The notes beneath the pieces are model-generated. The model did not search any database. It was given only the letters and a program-made list of their open reading frames with translations, and was not told where the DNA came from. From NCBI GenBank assembly GCA_003971905.1, contig RSEE01000003.1:124001-188000 (forward strand): a stretch of 64,000 bases of DNA, read 5' to 3'. Origin of the DNA: Moniliella sp. 'wahieum'. Taxonomy: Eukaryota. Of this stretch, positions 38,319 through 50,527 are shown piece after piece (the first letter of the stretch is position 1; every line of letters begins with the position of its first letter). Both the position numbers and the translations under genes were made by a program.

Positions 38319-41025
38319 TCACTTGGCCCCGGCATCTTCCATGATGGCCGCGTACAGGCCATCGGCACTTGCTTCCGATCGCAGCTGGAGGAGGTAGACG
38401 ACACCAGTTCGCATGCCCTCATGGGAACACTCGACGGCCAAGCCCGTGCGGCCCATGCGATGCGCTCCGCCATCGGGCAAGACGAGGGTGGAAATGAGGG
38501 TTTTGGATTTGCCCTGGGCGACGAGTTGGCGCGCGGGCACCTCGGATGCCACGCCCGCACGGGCCAGGGCAAACAATTTGACCTGGGCCTGGCCGAGCGG
38601 TTTCCATCCCGACCCGGCACGAAGAAACACTTTGGATCGCATCTGTGCCACCAAGCGCGTCGACTTGATGCCTCCTTCTGCCTCGGCCGGTCGCTCGCCC
38701 GGCAACAGCGGCTCAGACGCCGCGGCCAGCATCTCGCTTCGGCTTGCCATGCCTTGTTGCGCCAGCTGGCCCGACTTGAGCAAGGACGATGGCATGGCGA
38801 CACCGGTCTGGGGCCGGCCAGGGGGGGGCGTCAGACGAAGCGGACCGAGGAGGGGCTCGTTGGGCAAGCGGGCCCGTGGGGGCAAAAGGTCCATGAAGGG
38901 CGCCAACGGCTGGACTGGTAGGAGCCGAACGGGCCGGGGGCATAGCAGGTGCGGTTCCAAGCGCAGCTGGGCTGCCAGGCGGCGGCAAAGGAAGCCGAGG
39001 TTGGAGGCTAGGACCGGGGAAGGTTATTGGCTGCCCAGGCCGAATCGGGCTGACTGGGCTCATAGGTCCGGGAGAGGCCGAAAGTTGCGGACTGGGCAGG
39101 CGGGCGGAGCAGGGCCGGGTTGGGCCAAGGCAAAGGATTGCGAGGACGAAAAGGAAGCTGTGCTTGCGTTGGTAAAGCGGCGTTCCTCATCTAGCAGCAA
39201 GCCCACGGGGCTAGGAGCAGCAATTGGGCTTGGGGTAGAGGACGGAATGGGCTGCGGGCCTAGCGTGATGGCAGGCGTTGCCAAAGGAGGTGGTTGAACT
39301 CGAAGGTTCGGAGGCACAGAAGGAACGGGCCCTCCGGTACTCGGTCCACTAGGCGACGCTCTCGGCCCATAGCCCCATTGCGAGGAGCCGTACCGACTAC
39401 AACGGAAAACCGACATGGGTTAGTGAAAAGAACCAAGGATCGTCGGAAATACGTACGACTAGATGCAAATTGCCGACAATTTTCGATTTCGGTCCGCCAA
39501 TGAGCCGCGTTCTGGGCGGCCTGCGGATCGCCTCGAGGCCAAATGCAACAGAAGGGTTTCCTTGCCCAGGACGGTGAGGGCCACCACCTCCTCGCCCTGG
39601 GTGTAAGACGGAGGCGGAACGTTGGTGAGATGTTTTCCTGTCAAAGGAGGGAAGAGAAGAGAGCGTGTGGCCGAGCGGCCCTGCTGCTGATTCCATGCCT
39701 GCTCGTCGGGGGACAAATTGGTAGCAAGCAAAAACAGATCGGTGAGCAAAATGGCATGGGCGTTGGCCCATTCGGCACCTTTGCCCCCAGCAGCTGCCGA
39801 GCCAGCTCGAGGCAGGAGGGAGATCGACACATTGTTAGCGGCGCGTAACCGACGTTCAAACGGCAGGTCCGGTCGTGCCAGGTGCAGTGCACACGCTTTC
39901 GGCTGCAGAGTAAAAAGGTCCAACGTGTGAGAAGTGTCTAGCTCAGCTTGGAGGCGGGTCGCAAGGCCAGCAGGCGACTCGGGCCTGGGTGGGTCGGGCG
40001 TCGGGTCCAACGACAAGGAACCAAAAGTGGGCAGTGGCGCCAATTGAGGGGAGGTGGCACGCGGTCCATTATTGAGTGAAGATGGAAGGCCGGGCTGAGG
40101 ACTCGGCGCTGGCGAGTGTGCATGGACGGGAGCAGGGGCTGAGGCAGGACCGACAGGGGGAGAAGGCTGAGGGAATGGATTGGGGAAGCTAGCTTCGTCC
40201 GTGGCAGGGGCAGAGGGCACTGGGGGAGGAGACGCTGCCTGTTTGAGCGGGCTTCCACGGGCCGTTGGCTGGGGAGAGGGGGGAGTCATTGAGCTGGCAC
40301 TGCTATGAGCCACGCTGGAGTTGAAGGCTTGGCTGCTGGCAGCCGAGCGGGCTGAGCGACTGGACGCGGCATTGCTCGTCCTTCGGTCCTCCTCGCTGGA
40401 CGCGGCTGCCGGTGGCGAGCTTGGTCAGCTTGTTCAAGCAAGGCGTCAAGCTTTGCATTGGCAACGACAAGCAGGCGATGATCGGATCGGCCTGGCTGGG
40501 TGGAGCGAAGGAGGCGTGCGTAGAGGCGTTTGTAATACCCTAGCCGGGCCAGCGGCAGGGCAAACGCTGCATCGAGAGAGTGGGGGGGCAGGATTGGGGT
40601 GCACTGCGCCAGCAGGGAGGCCACACGTGGGTTGTCGGCCACACCGGGGAGTGGATCGAGGGGAGCGGCATAGACGGCAAGGAAACGGGTGTAGGGCCGG
40701 TCCATGTCATCAACCCACCGCATGAGCAAATCGCCGAGGGCCTTGGGCGAGGCAGGTCGGGGTCCGATGGCGGTGAGCTCGGTAAAGAAGGCCGGTGGGC
40801 GCGGGCCAGGCCCTCGACGGCACGGAACATGGCATCGAGCACTCGTGGGGGGGGGTGGGAGCGGGACCAGGCGCGGGCGACATTGTGAACGAGCGCGGCG
40901 AGAGCGGCGGCATGGGTGTCCTCGGTGGCGAGCAGGTCGACCAGGGGGTTGACGGGGGGGCTTGGGCGCAGCGGCGGGGGGCACAGCGGAGGAGCTGGCG
41001 GGGAGGAGGCCATGGCGGCGGCCAT
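38319..41025 (-). CDS. Uncharacterised protein with Dbl-homology-like N-terminal domain and two PH-like domains separated by Pro/Ser-rich linkers
   Basis: NPLVDLLATEDTH..VARAWSRSHPPP..LDAMFRAVE, LGDLLMRWVDDMDRPY, PLARLGYYKRLYARLLRST (DH-like). LDLFTLQPKACALHL..AILLTDLFL..LLFPPL and C-terminal SKVFLRAGSGWKPLG..YLLQLRSE (PH-like). Intron ~39397-39455. Confidence 0.65.
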
Positions 41026-42576
41026 GGGGAGCAAGACGGACGGGGGAGGGGGAGGGTGGTGGTGGTGGTGGTGGCAGGGCGGACTGGCAGTGGGCTGGGC
41101 TCTGCGGCGGCCGAGCAAGGCGGGAGGAGCATGCAGGCAGGCAGCCTGGGTGTGTGCCTGGCAGCACGCCGCCCAGGCTCAGCGCTCAGAGGCCCAGCGC
41201 TCAGAGGCCCAGACGCCGAGGCCATGCCCCGCTCCGAGCACAGGCGCCCCTCTCAGACGCAGATCGCAGACCGCCGATCGATGATCCCCGCGCTGGCCCA
41301 GAGCGCCCGTCATGCATCCTGCAACAGGCGCTCCATCCAGCGTGGACCTGCCGGGTGCAGTGCAGCTCTGCAGGGCCTCCCTGTGCCCTGCAGTGCCCCG
41401 CCCCACCGCGCACGAGTGCGAGCGAGCGTTGGCGCCCCCCAGCACACGCTTGTGGCGCCCCGGTGCCGGCGGACCTGCACCACGCAAGCGGTGTGTGACA
41501 TGTGACCGATGACCGACGACCAGTGAGTGTCAGTGGCTAGTTGCGAGTTGCTAGTTAGCACTGCCCTGTGCCAGCACAGCACCTGCGCTGCTGCTCTCTG
41601 CAGTCATTAAGATTGTGGCTGCCAGTACCCAGCGGCGCTGGAGCGTGAGCGCAGGCGCGCACTGCTTCAGGCGGCCGGTGGGATGATCGATGATGCATAA
41701 TGCCGGGGCTGCCTGCGTGCCCATGCGGCTCGAGTGCTTGGTGCGGTTGGATTCTGCCCCGCTTGGCAGAGCAGTGCCAGAGCACAGGCACAGCGCCCAT
41801 CCACCAAGCCAGCGCTCAGCATTCAATGCATTCAATGAGCTCAATTCAATTTCCAATGCGCCGGCTGGGCACCTGGACACTGGCGGGGTGCGGCGGGCCC
41901 AGCGCACATTAGGCTCCTGCCTCGTCGAACTCGCGCTGTGTGGGGCGGGGCCAAGCTGACTGGTGCTGTGCCTCGCGCCAAGAGATGTGCCCGACGTGCC
42001 AGCTGCTGCGTGCGAGTGCCTGCCACGGCTGGGAACACGTGTCTGGCGGCGCGTGGGATGCAATTGGCGTGGCATGCATGATGCATGACGCCATGCCAGG
42101 CAATGCTGCGACAGCGCAGCAGCCGTCTCACCCGTCCCGTGTGGCCCTGCGTGTGCGTGTGCATGATTCATGGTTCGCTAGCGAGCCGCAATGGGCATGC
42201 TCCCCAGTCGCGCCCAGCTGAGAGCTGCACAGCTGCGTTGGTCTTTCGTTCATTGTGATCAGCGCCTCATTCATGCGTGTTGGTGTATGGGACTAGGTCA
42301 TGGCAATCGATGACACCATGACCTCGACCATCGCGTGGTCACCGGTCACTAGCACTGGTCACCGGCGAGGTCGCCGTTCAACAATCACATGTCACAGTTC
42401 AACGTCGTGACGCGTGACGTGGGACCAAGAGTGTATTATTAGGCAAACGTGCGACGGCCATCGACCATCCAAGTTATTCTATCGATCCTATTATCGAAGG
42501 TGCCCGGTGCCCAGCCAACGGCGGGCGACGCAACAGCACCCCCACAAGGATGTGCCAGCTCCGTATTTGTGTACCT

Positions 42577-44096
42577 TCACACATCACGAATGTATGGCCG
42601 TAAGCGCTCAAGCCGTCTCTCAGCTTCGGCAAATTCGTCTTCGCGCTTGCAAAACGACAGGCGCATAAACTTGCTCAGATCTGCCGGCGGCACCGAGCCC
42701 ATTGAACCATCCCAGGCCGAGTGAACGCCGATACAGGAATGCCCACCACACCTGTTGTGGTAGCCACAAACCAGGCCGGGCCAAACGCGGGCGGCACATG
42801 GGCAGGCACAGTCCAGTCCTCAGGCGGGTGGACGTTGCTCAGGTCCGCCACGATAAAGTAGGCGCCCGCTGGGACCCAGTGGGGAATTCCGAGCCGGCGC
42901 AACGCGCCCATCAGCCGCTCCCTCCGGTCCGTGTACTCTTCCAGCTGGGCTAGGAACGCCGTATGGCCACCCCTCCGTCTTTGGTCAGTGCCGCCGCCAC
43001 CGCCGCTTGGGCTGGCGCATTGACACAAAAAACAATACGCGTCTGTGCGAGCATGGTGGCTTGCACCAAATTGGCTGCGCCCACTACCCACCCTACTCGC
43101 CACCCTGTCGCGGCGAACGTCTTGCCCGCCGAGCCGACGGTTAGGGTGCGCTCCCACATGCCTTCGATCGACGCTAGGGGCACGTGGGACTGGTCGTCAA
43201 ACACCAATGCGTCGTACACCTCGTCCGACAACACATCATGTCGTACTTGATTGCCAGATGGGCGATGTTGCAGCTCGGCAGTGGTAAACACCTTGCCGAT
43301 CGGATTGTGGGGCGAATTGAATATGAGCATTTTGGCCCTCGGCCGCGCAAACGCTGCCTCCAGCGCGTCCCAATCAATCGTCCAGTCGTTGGCACTGGCA
43401 GGTGCGTCTGGGGTGCCCGAGGGAGCCGGTTGGAAGGGCACAAACACGGGCTTCCCATGCGAGAAGAGGATTTGAGGTACATACTGGTCAAAGTAAGGCT
43501 CCAGAAGCACCACCTCGTCGCCTTGCTCTAGGAGCGCCACACATGCGGCATACATGCCTTCGTTGGCACCGGCCGTGACCAAGACCTCGGTCTCGGGGTC
43601 GGAGCGTCCGGACAAGCGCTTGGCGGGTCTCGTACCGCTCAACACGGCTCGCGCAGCAGACTGCTTATCCCCTTGCCATCCACGCGGAGGTAGGAGGGCG
43701 TGTAGCGTTCCGCGAGCCGCTGCCGCAGGTCCACTCGTCCTTTGGGGGGGGCGTATGGTGGGCCCCACTGCCCGCCGGGCCGCCTCGACAACGCATCGGC
43801 AGCCAACGGCGATGGACCAAAGGACATGAACCCCTGGCCCAAGTTGATTGCATCGGGGAAGGCAAGCGGGGAAAAGAGCGACCAGACGTCCTGCCCACGC
43901 TGGGTCTCGCCCACACACAGCGGGCGACAGCCCCGTGGCAAAGCGCGACGGTTCCCCGGCGCTGCTCGGGCGGGGAAGGCAGGTGCCGGCGCGGCCGAGT
44001 ACATTCTGGCTTGAATACAGGGGCCGTGCGGGTGCAGAAGCCACGAAGGGTGGTTGGGCTGATGCCGCGAAGCGACGAGGGCAGGTGTCGAAGCAT
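42577..44096 (-). CDS. BNA3: Kynurenine/class I PLP-dependent aminotransferase with mitochondrial-type presequence
   Basis: DVWSLF..AINLGQGF, EVLVTAGANEG, EPYFDQY, NSPHNPIGKVF, SDEVY, PLP-lysine motif GSAGKTFAATGWRVGW, GVVGIPVSAF, LSFCK...PYIRDV*. Confidence 0.92.
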
Positions 44097-44687
44097 GCGA
44101 AATCTACAAGTGGTTGAGAGAGGAAAGGGTGAGGGTACAGCATGACCACACATGCAAACCCTTATTCAACCCCGCCCTTCTAGTAGTGACATGCATTGTA
44201 GTGACATCATGAATTGACCACATTCACCATTGGAGCACGCACGGGCGCAGTATCCGGAGTTGGGGCCACCATTCATATGCGTCCTGCCTATGACAATGTG
44301 CAATAGAACGCTGTCACACGTTGCATGTCACGCGTCACGTGCAGTGTGTCACATGTCATGCAAGTTACCACCGCCTGGGCTGCACGCACCTCCCTCAAAT
44401 GAGGTCCCAGATGCCGGCCGACTTGCCAAACCACTACCTTCCACTCAATAGACGCCATACCTTCAGGGCTCGTTTCGCGCTGGCCAACCTTAGTTACCGG
44501 TCACCACCTCCACTACAAGGGGCGTTTACTCTGTCCTCTCAGTGTCTCAATGCTGACTGCGTAATGATCTCTACTAGCCTACCAGCCTTGAACACATCCG
44601 CTCCCCACTCTGTTCATGTGCGAGCCGGAGGCAGGCCTACCAGAAATGGAGGATGTGGGGGTAGTCGTACAGTTGCGCGGCAGTACC

Positions 44688-45408
44688 TCACGTTCGTGGA
44701 CGTTTGGTTGCTCCAGGTGCGACGATGGCGTCGTCTCTTCTCCTTTTGGTGCGGCGACGCCGTGGCTCGTCTTCCGGCTCGTCCGGGAGCAAACGATCTC
44801 GATCGATGAACGCTGACTTGGATGCAGGAGGTGCGTCGGGCCCAAGCTGAGGGGCAGGTCCGACAGGAACGCGGAAGGCATCCAGCAAGTCGCGTCCGAG
44901 CGGCACAGGTTGGCGAATGGTCGTCTCTGGCTTGAACAGGATGGAGCGAAAAGCACCAGCGTCCGGATCGGCCTTTTGAGCGGCCTGAGCCGGAGTCAGA
45001 CCCTGGGGTTCTTCGTGAGGAGCTGGGTCGCCGCACGGCGGGCAGCACGAGCGGCGACCTTGCTTGGCCCAGCTCGGCCCGGGAGATCAGGAACAAAATG
45101 CGCCCAGGTGCGGGGGAAGCGAGATGGTCATCCCCTTTGTCCTCCTCTGGGGGCGGCGTCACCCCCGCGGGAGGTGGGCGGAGACGAAGATAGGGTCTCA
45201 CATGCTCCTTGTACAGCGGGACCAGGCCAAAGACACCCAGCAAATCCAAAGCTCCATTCACCTTACGTGGCGGCGGAAGGGCGCCACGGGGAGCAAGATA
45301 GGCCAAGGGCAGCTCTGCTGGCACGGGACCGGGCGGAGGTGGGGTGGGGCAACAAGAGCGCCGCCTTCGGGGCACAGGTGCCGCTGGGTCTGGGGCTTGG
45401 GTAGCCAT
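44688..45408 (-). CDS. Possible Mediator subunit Med19/Rox3-like protein
   Basis: NGALDLLGVFGLVPLYKEHVRPY, later DLLDAFRV and a basic tail RRRRTKRRR resemble fungal Med19 by recall. Frameshifted; 3' end uncertain. Confidence 0.45.
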
Positions 45409-45820
45409 TGGTCGCAAGTCGTTTAGCGATGCCCAACGCGTTACTTGGACAGTCGACCGGAGAGGCATCACCCATCACTACTAATGGGTGATGTATGATG
45501 GCTGCGAGGCAAGCGGAATTAGCCATTCCGCCATCGCCATCGGCCCAACTGCCACACCTGATCCCATTCGGAACCAGCACAGGCCGCCACAACAATTCTC
45601 ATGTCCACATGCTAACGTCCTAGAGACTATCAACCAAGGCCACCCACCGGCAACAGAGTGAGGGCAACGAAAATCTAGTCAGTGCGTAGGTACAGGGTTG
45701 TGGAAAAGCGAGCAGAAGACAAGTGAATGCACGTCCATGTAGCACAGTGCGGGAGGAGGCCAACAGAGGGTGGGCGTATGCAACAATTAATCGGGCCTTA
45801 GGGCCCAGCCAGCAACCCGC

Positions 45821-46532
45821 TCAGGTCAAGAAGGACTCGCCGCAGCCGCACGCCTCCTTGATGTTGGGTTGTCAAAGACAAACTTAGCATTAAGCTTGTC
45901 CTCTTTCCAGTCCATGACGGAGCCAATGATTGAGAAGAGCGCCTTCGAGTCAATCAACACCTTGACGTTGTCTTGTTGGACCACTTCGTCAAACTTGCCC
46001 ACCTCGTCCGGCGAGACATATTCAAGGTGATACGACAAGCCTGCACAACCCTTGTTGCGGACGCCAATGCGGATCAATCGCCCCTGTGGCGCAGCGACGT
46101 GGGCGCTGCCAGCGCGTAGATGCACCACCGCTGTTGGGGTCAACGTTAAGGCTGCCTTGCGGGCGCGGAACTTGCGGCCAGTTGCCGGAGCCGATGTGGC
46201 CGCTCCGTATCGGACGCAGGAGAAGAAGAGAGGGTAGGTGCGCCAGGCTCCCTGGTTGGAGCAGAAGGAGTGCGCGGCATAAAAGGACTGGGGGGCAAAG
46301 GTGGAGTGAGGCCCTTAGAGGGTCCACCAAGACCGGGGGGCATCTCGCCCTTGGGTGGCGCGGTATGGGACAGCATCGAAGCGAGGGGAGGAAGCGTGGG
46401 CTTAGGGTAAGCTTGGGACATGAGCTTGCGCTCAGAGCCGTGGTGAGCGCCGGCATTACCGGGTGGCGAGGACGATGCTGGCCGACCGAGGCCAGGGCGG
46501 TGCCGGTGGACAGGGCGCGACAGGTAGGGCAT
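45821..46532 (-). CDS. ISA1: A-type iron-sulfur cluster assembly protein Isa1
   Basis: RKAALTLTPTAV, RIGVRNKGCAGLSYHLEY, FDEVVQQDNVKVLIDSKALFSIIGSVMDW, NPNIKEACGCGESF. Start approximate. Confidence 0.93.
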
Positions 46533-47357
46533 ACGCCGTACCTGGCAATAATCCGCGGGCGCGAGAGAATGGTGCGCAGAGGCGGTGTTACGGGGTCAAG
46601 GAAAACGGCATGAGGAAGTGCCCAAGGGATGGTGGTGGTGGTCACTGGCAGCGAGGACAAAGCACGCCTCCTCCCGCCGGGCTACTGACACAGAGGCATT
46701 AGGGTTGGGCGGAGTGCTTTGCCGGATAAAGCCGGGGCCCAACAGGCGGGTAGCCTGGAGCAGCGCAGGCACAGCGGCTCAGCGCGCGCAGTGCCGAGGG
46801 CTGACGCTGATGGGTGATGTGCTGACGCCTGCTGAAAAAGGGTCCGCCTGCGATGCACACTGCCGCTGTGCGCCTCGCCCCCTGTACATTTGTCATCGAC
46901 GCCAGGCTGGGCCCAACAGGGCTGCTGTTTGGGCAGCAAACTGCGCCCGAGCAGGTCCGAGCCACGCCGGCCCCACGATGTGAAAGAACAAGAGCAGCAC
47001 CCACCCTCTTGGTTTCCTGGTGCAAAACTGCGGGCAGGTGCCGAGGGGATGGTATCCCCTCGCGGTGGCATGCGTCACTTGCAATTTCAACGCCCTGCAC
47101 AGCCGCTGTTGCAGCTTGTGGCGGATCATCGCTCAGCCGCTGATGCGTCTGTGCGCAGCGCACCTTGCCGGCACTCGCCCACAGCGATCCAATCAGATAG
47201 ATATAGGCCTCCCGTCTTGCCCCTGTGTGCCACCAAGCTAGCTCGCTCCAAAACGTCGACTCGGCGACCACAGTCGCGCGTGACTCAACCAGAGTCCCAG
47301 CCTCCTTTCTACCCACCATCCCCCGTTTCCTGATACCATCGCTGCCATCCGTGCAGG

Positions 47358-48487
47358 ATGACTCTGACTTACGAGAACCCGGTTATCGACATCGACTGGC
47401 CTGACCCAGGTGTCTTCTACGACCGCAAGACCAACAAGTACTACAGCTACGCAACCAATGGGCGGGCAAGAACATCCAGGTCAGTGAATCGCCCGACATG
47501 ATGTCCTGGCATGTTCAGCCCAACGATGCGCTTCCGGGGCCTCCTTGGCCTTATTGGACCGGCAACCTGGTTTCTTCTGGGCGCCGGATGTTGTGGAAGC
47601 CCCCGGTGGGCGTCCTGGCTACCTCATGTACCTTGCGTGCCATGACAACTCAACCGACAAAATGGCGATTGGGGTGGCCTACTCTAGCAATTCTCCCCTC
47701 GGTCCGTTCTACTTTGTCTCCAACGGCCCCATCGCCAGCTACGTACGTCCCCTTCCTCGCTTCGACTTTCGAACGCGCTTCCTGACACGTATCATGACAG
47801 GGCCAGACTGGTGGCACGATTGATCCCTGCTGCTTTTATGACCCTCAGTCGGGCAAGCGATTCCTTCTCTATAAGAACGACTACTCGCACATGCGCGGGC
47901 CTGGCCCTCAGATTGGATCCAAGAATTGTCGGAAGATGGGATCACCTTTGTCGCCGAACGGCGTGGTCTCTTGGAGGCACAAGAGGCCTGGACCACGGGG
48001 TTGATCGAGGCGCCGCACATGATTTACCACGAACCGACGAGAACGTACGTGTGCTTCTTCTCCTCGGGCACATTTACAGAGAACGACTACAAGATTGGTA
48101 CGCCACGTCCAAGAACGTTTATGGGCCGTTTACCCAGTCGCGCCACCCTTTCCTCGAGACCGACTTTGGCCGTGGCATCGTTGGGCCTGGTGGACAGTGC
48201 GCGCTCCGGGCCAACGATGGTAATTATTTCCTTGTCTTTCACTCGCACAAGACATTGGACTGCAAGGGGGCCGCTGCATGTCGGTTCAGCGGATCGATTT
48301 CGACTCGGATGGCCACCCGGTCTTCCCGACCCACCCTGTGTACCACCACCGCATGCGCCTAGGGTTTGAAGCCCAGGACGGAGTGACCGACGAGGAGGCT
48401 GACCGGGTTGCTGCAAATGGCCACCCCAGGCCCAAGCACCCGCATGCCAAAGGCTTCCTCAAGAAGGCGTTCGATGCGTTCACTTGA
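47358..48487 (+). CDS. Glycoside hydrolase family 43 (five-blade propeller), no signal peptide
   Basis: YENPVIDIDWPDP (base Asp), FWAPDV, IDP (modulator Asp), LIEAPHMIY (acid Glu), GPGGQ. Intron 47742-47800. Confidence 0.85.
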
Positions 48488-48828
48488 TTTGCCCCTACCC
48501 TTGTGTGCACCCATTACCCCTGTGCACTCTGAATCCATATATACACAGTGTGCCCATGGAGAAAATGGTTATGCATGTAGTTGCCACGCAGCTTGTCTGT
48601 TCAGGTGAGGAAGTTAGATGCCTGTGGAGAGAACGCCGATGACGACTCTCAATTAGAAACATCCGGGGATGCAAGCAACCCTTTTGGGGCATGAAGGGTT
48701 GGGGTGCCCAATTTGCTCCACAAGCTACTGTGAATCGGTTGGACATGAGGCCAGAGCCCGATGGGTTTGCCATCGGCCGGAGGTGCAGTGGTCTGATTCA
48801 GAACCAAAACGGTAACTTGCCAAAAAAA

Positions 48829-48920
48829 TCTCCCCTCTGGGAGTCGAACCCAGGACATTCAGAGCGGAGGACCACACGACCAATTACAATCTGACGCTCT
48901 TCCAACTGAGCTAAGGAGAG
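48829..48920 (-). tRNA. tRNA-Tyr(GTA) with 19-nt intron
   Basis: Minus strand: CTCTCCT TAGCTCAGTTGGAAGAGC G TCAGA TT GTA A [TTGGTCGTGTGGTCCTCCG] C TCTGA ATGTC CTGGG TTCGACT CCCAG AGGGGAG A. All stems pair, C1:G72/A73 eukaryotic Tyr identity is present, and a T7 Pol III terminator follows directly. Confidence 0.96.
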
Positions 48921-48985
48921 GGATACATTTCACTCCCCGCCCAGGCCATTGATCCCAGTGTCCTCTTAAAGACCAGACTAGGTAG

Positions 48986-49007
48986 GATGCATGATGCATG
49001 ATGCATG
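48986..49007. repeat. (GATGCAT)3 heptamer array between tRNA-Tyr and the hypothetical gene
   Basis: gatgcat gatgcat gatgcat read directly. Confidence 0.9.
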
Positions 49008-49118
49008 GCTTGACTGATCGATGACAGGATGGCTGGATGGCCTCTGTCTGCCAGGCGCCTTCCCCAGATCCTTCTTCGTGCTCGGCACTGCCTCCAACAG
49101 CGCTCAGCAGCGACGGCG

Positions 49119-50207
49119 ATGTCTGTATCTGTCCTTCGCGCTCCATTACGCGGAGTGTTGGCTGCGCGTGTGGGGGTGCCCCTCGCCCCCACGCCCATCT
49201 TCCTCCGCCAAGGCTTGCACCACTCCGCCGTGGTACGCGCGCCTCCCCCAAAAGTTCCCAAGCCACCCAAGCGCCCTGCCAACGGCCCCTCAAAGCAGAC
49301 GCCGCGATCGCCCCCGCCGACAACGACCCCCTCGCGGGGCCCCCAGCGACCCACTGAGGGGATGCGACTGCCTCATCCTCGTCTACCCGGGTCCCCAAGG
49401 CGTCGCAGGGCCAAGACCAAAACCACGACCAGCCAGCCGTGGTGGATGACGCAGAGGTCAAGTACCGCCTGGACCAGGACAAGAAGGAAATTAACATCCT
49501 ACGCAAACCACCGCCCATTCCCTCGCGTATCCAAAAGCCTCCCAAGGAGCTGGCGGGGTTGAATACGAGTCGGCCGAAGGGGCTCCAATTCGGTGAACTC
49601 AGTCCATCTCCGGACACTGTTCAGCGCGTCCGCCGTCCCGCCGGCATACCTACCTCTTCTGCTATCCGCGCCCGGTTGCGTAAGGAGCGGGAACAGCAAG
49701 AAGCGCTGGTGATTGAGGAACGGAAGAAGAAAGTGGACCGAGTCATGGTCCCCCTCAAGCGCGTCCTCCTTTTCCCCTTCCGGCCTTTTGTCCTGGTCTG
49801 GCGCAAACTGTTTGGCAAGGGCAACGAGGAACGCTCGATCCGCGAATCCTGGATGGCTTTGAAGGCCGAAGAACGGCTTGTTATTGCTGGCGCCTTGACT
49901 CGTACGTCCCACCCCCTCCCTAAGCCACCCACCTCTCCACACACAAGGCCGAGTAATGGACTGACCAACCACCTGCCCAGTTTTTTCCCTCCTTGGAATT
50001 TGGGTGTCCGATTACCTCCAAGCCACCATCCCCCCTACCGAGTCGGAGCAGCGGAGTGTTCAAGAAAAGTTGGGGTCGATCAAGGAGAGGTACAATCGTT
50101 TGGCCGCGACTTTGGGCGTAGCCCAGGCGGATAGCAAGGACGCTGCTGCGAGCGAAACTGGCCCCTCCGACGTGATGGTGGACACGGCCATTACCTTCAA
50201 TAGCTGA
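49119..50207 (+). CDS. Hypothetical protein, probable mitochondrial presequence
   Basis: MSVSVLRAPLRGVLAARVG..RQGLHHSAVVRA (Arg-rich, acid-free), coding-like ORFs 49439-50134 and 50004-50207, canonical intron 49902-49980. No family recognised. Confidence 0.6.
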
Positions 50208-50527
50208 AACGCTGCGATGCAATCCATGTCCCTCCCAGCACTTTGTGGTAAACTGTCTGCTTAGTTGCAGGCCTGGAACCGGGCACATTGTAGGAGTGAG
50301 CAGCAGCTATGGTAACTATGGCGTGAAATGTCGCAAGAGACATGTTTTCGATACGCGCAGTGCGCAAAGAGAGAGGATGAGTTGGAAGGTGGGAGGGGAC
50401 ATGACCCTAGTGACTACGGCAGTAGACACTAGATACAAGGAAAGAGTGCGCCGCTCAAGCGCTGTGGACCGCTAAGGACAAAACAATGGCAGCGAACAAA
50501 GGGAAAAGGGGGTCGCATGCGAGCCAT

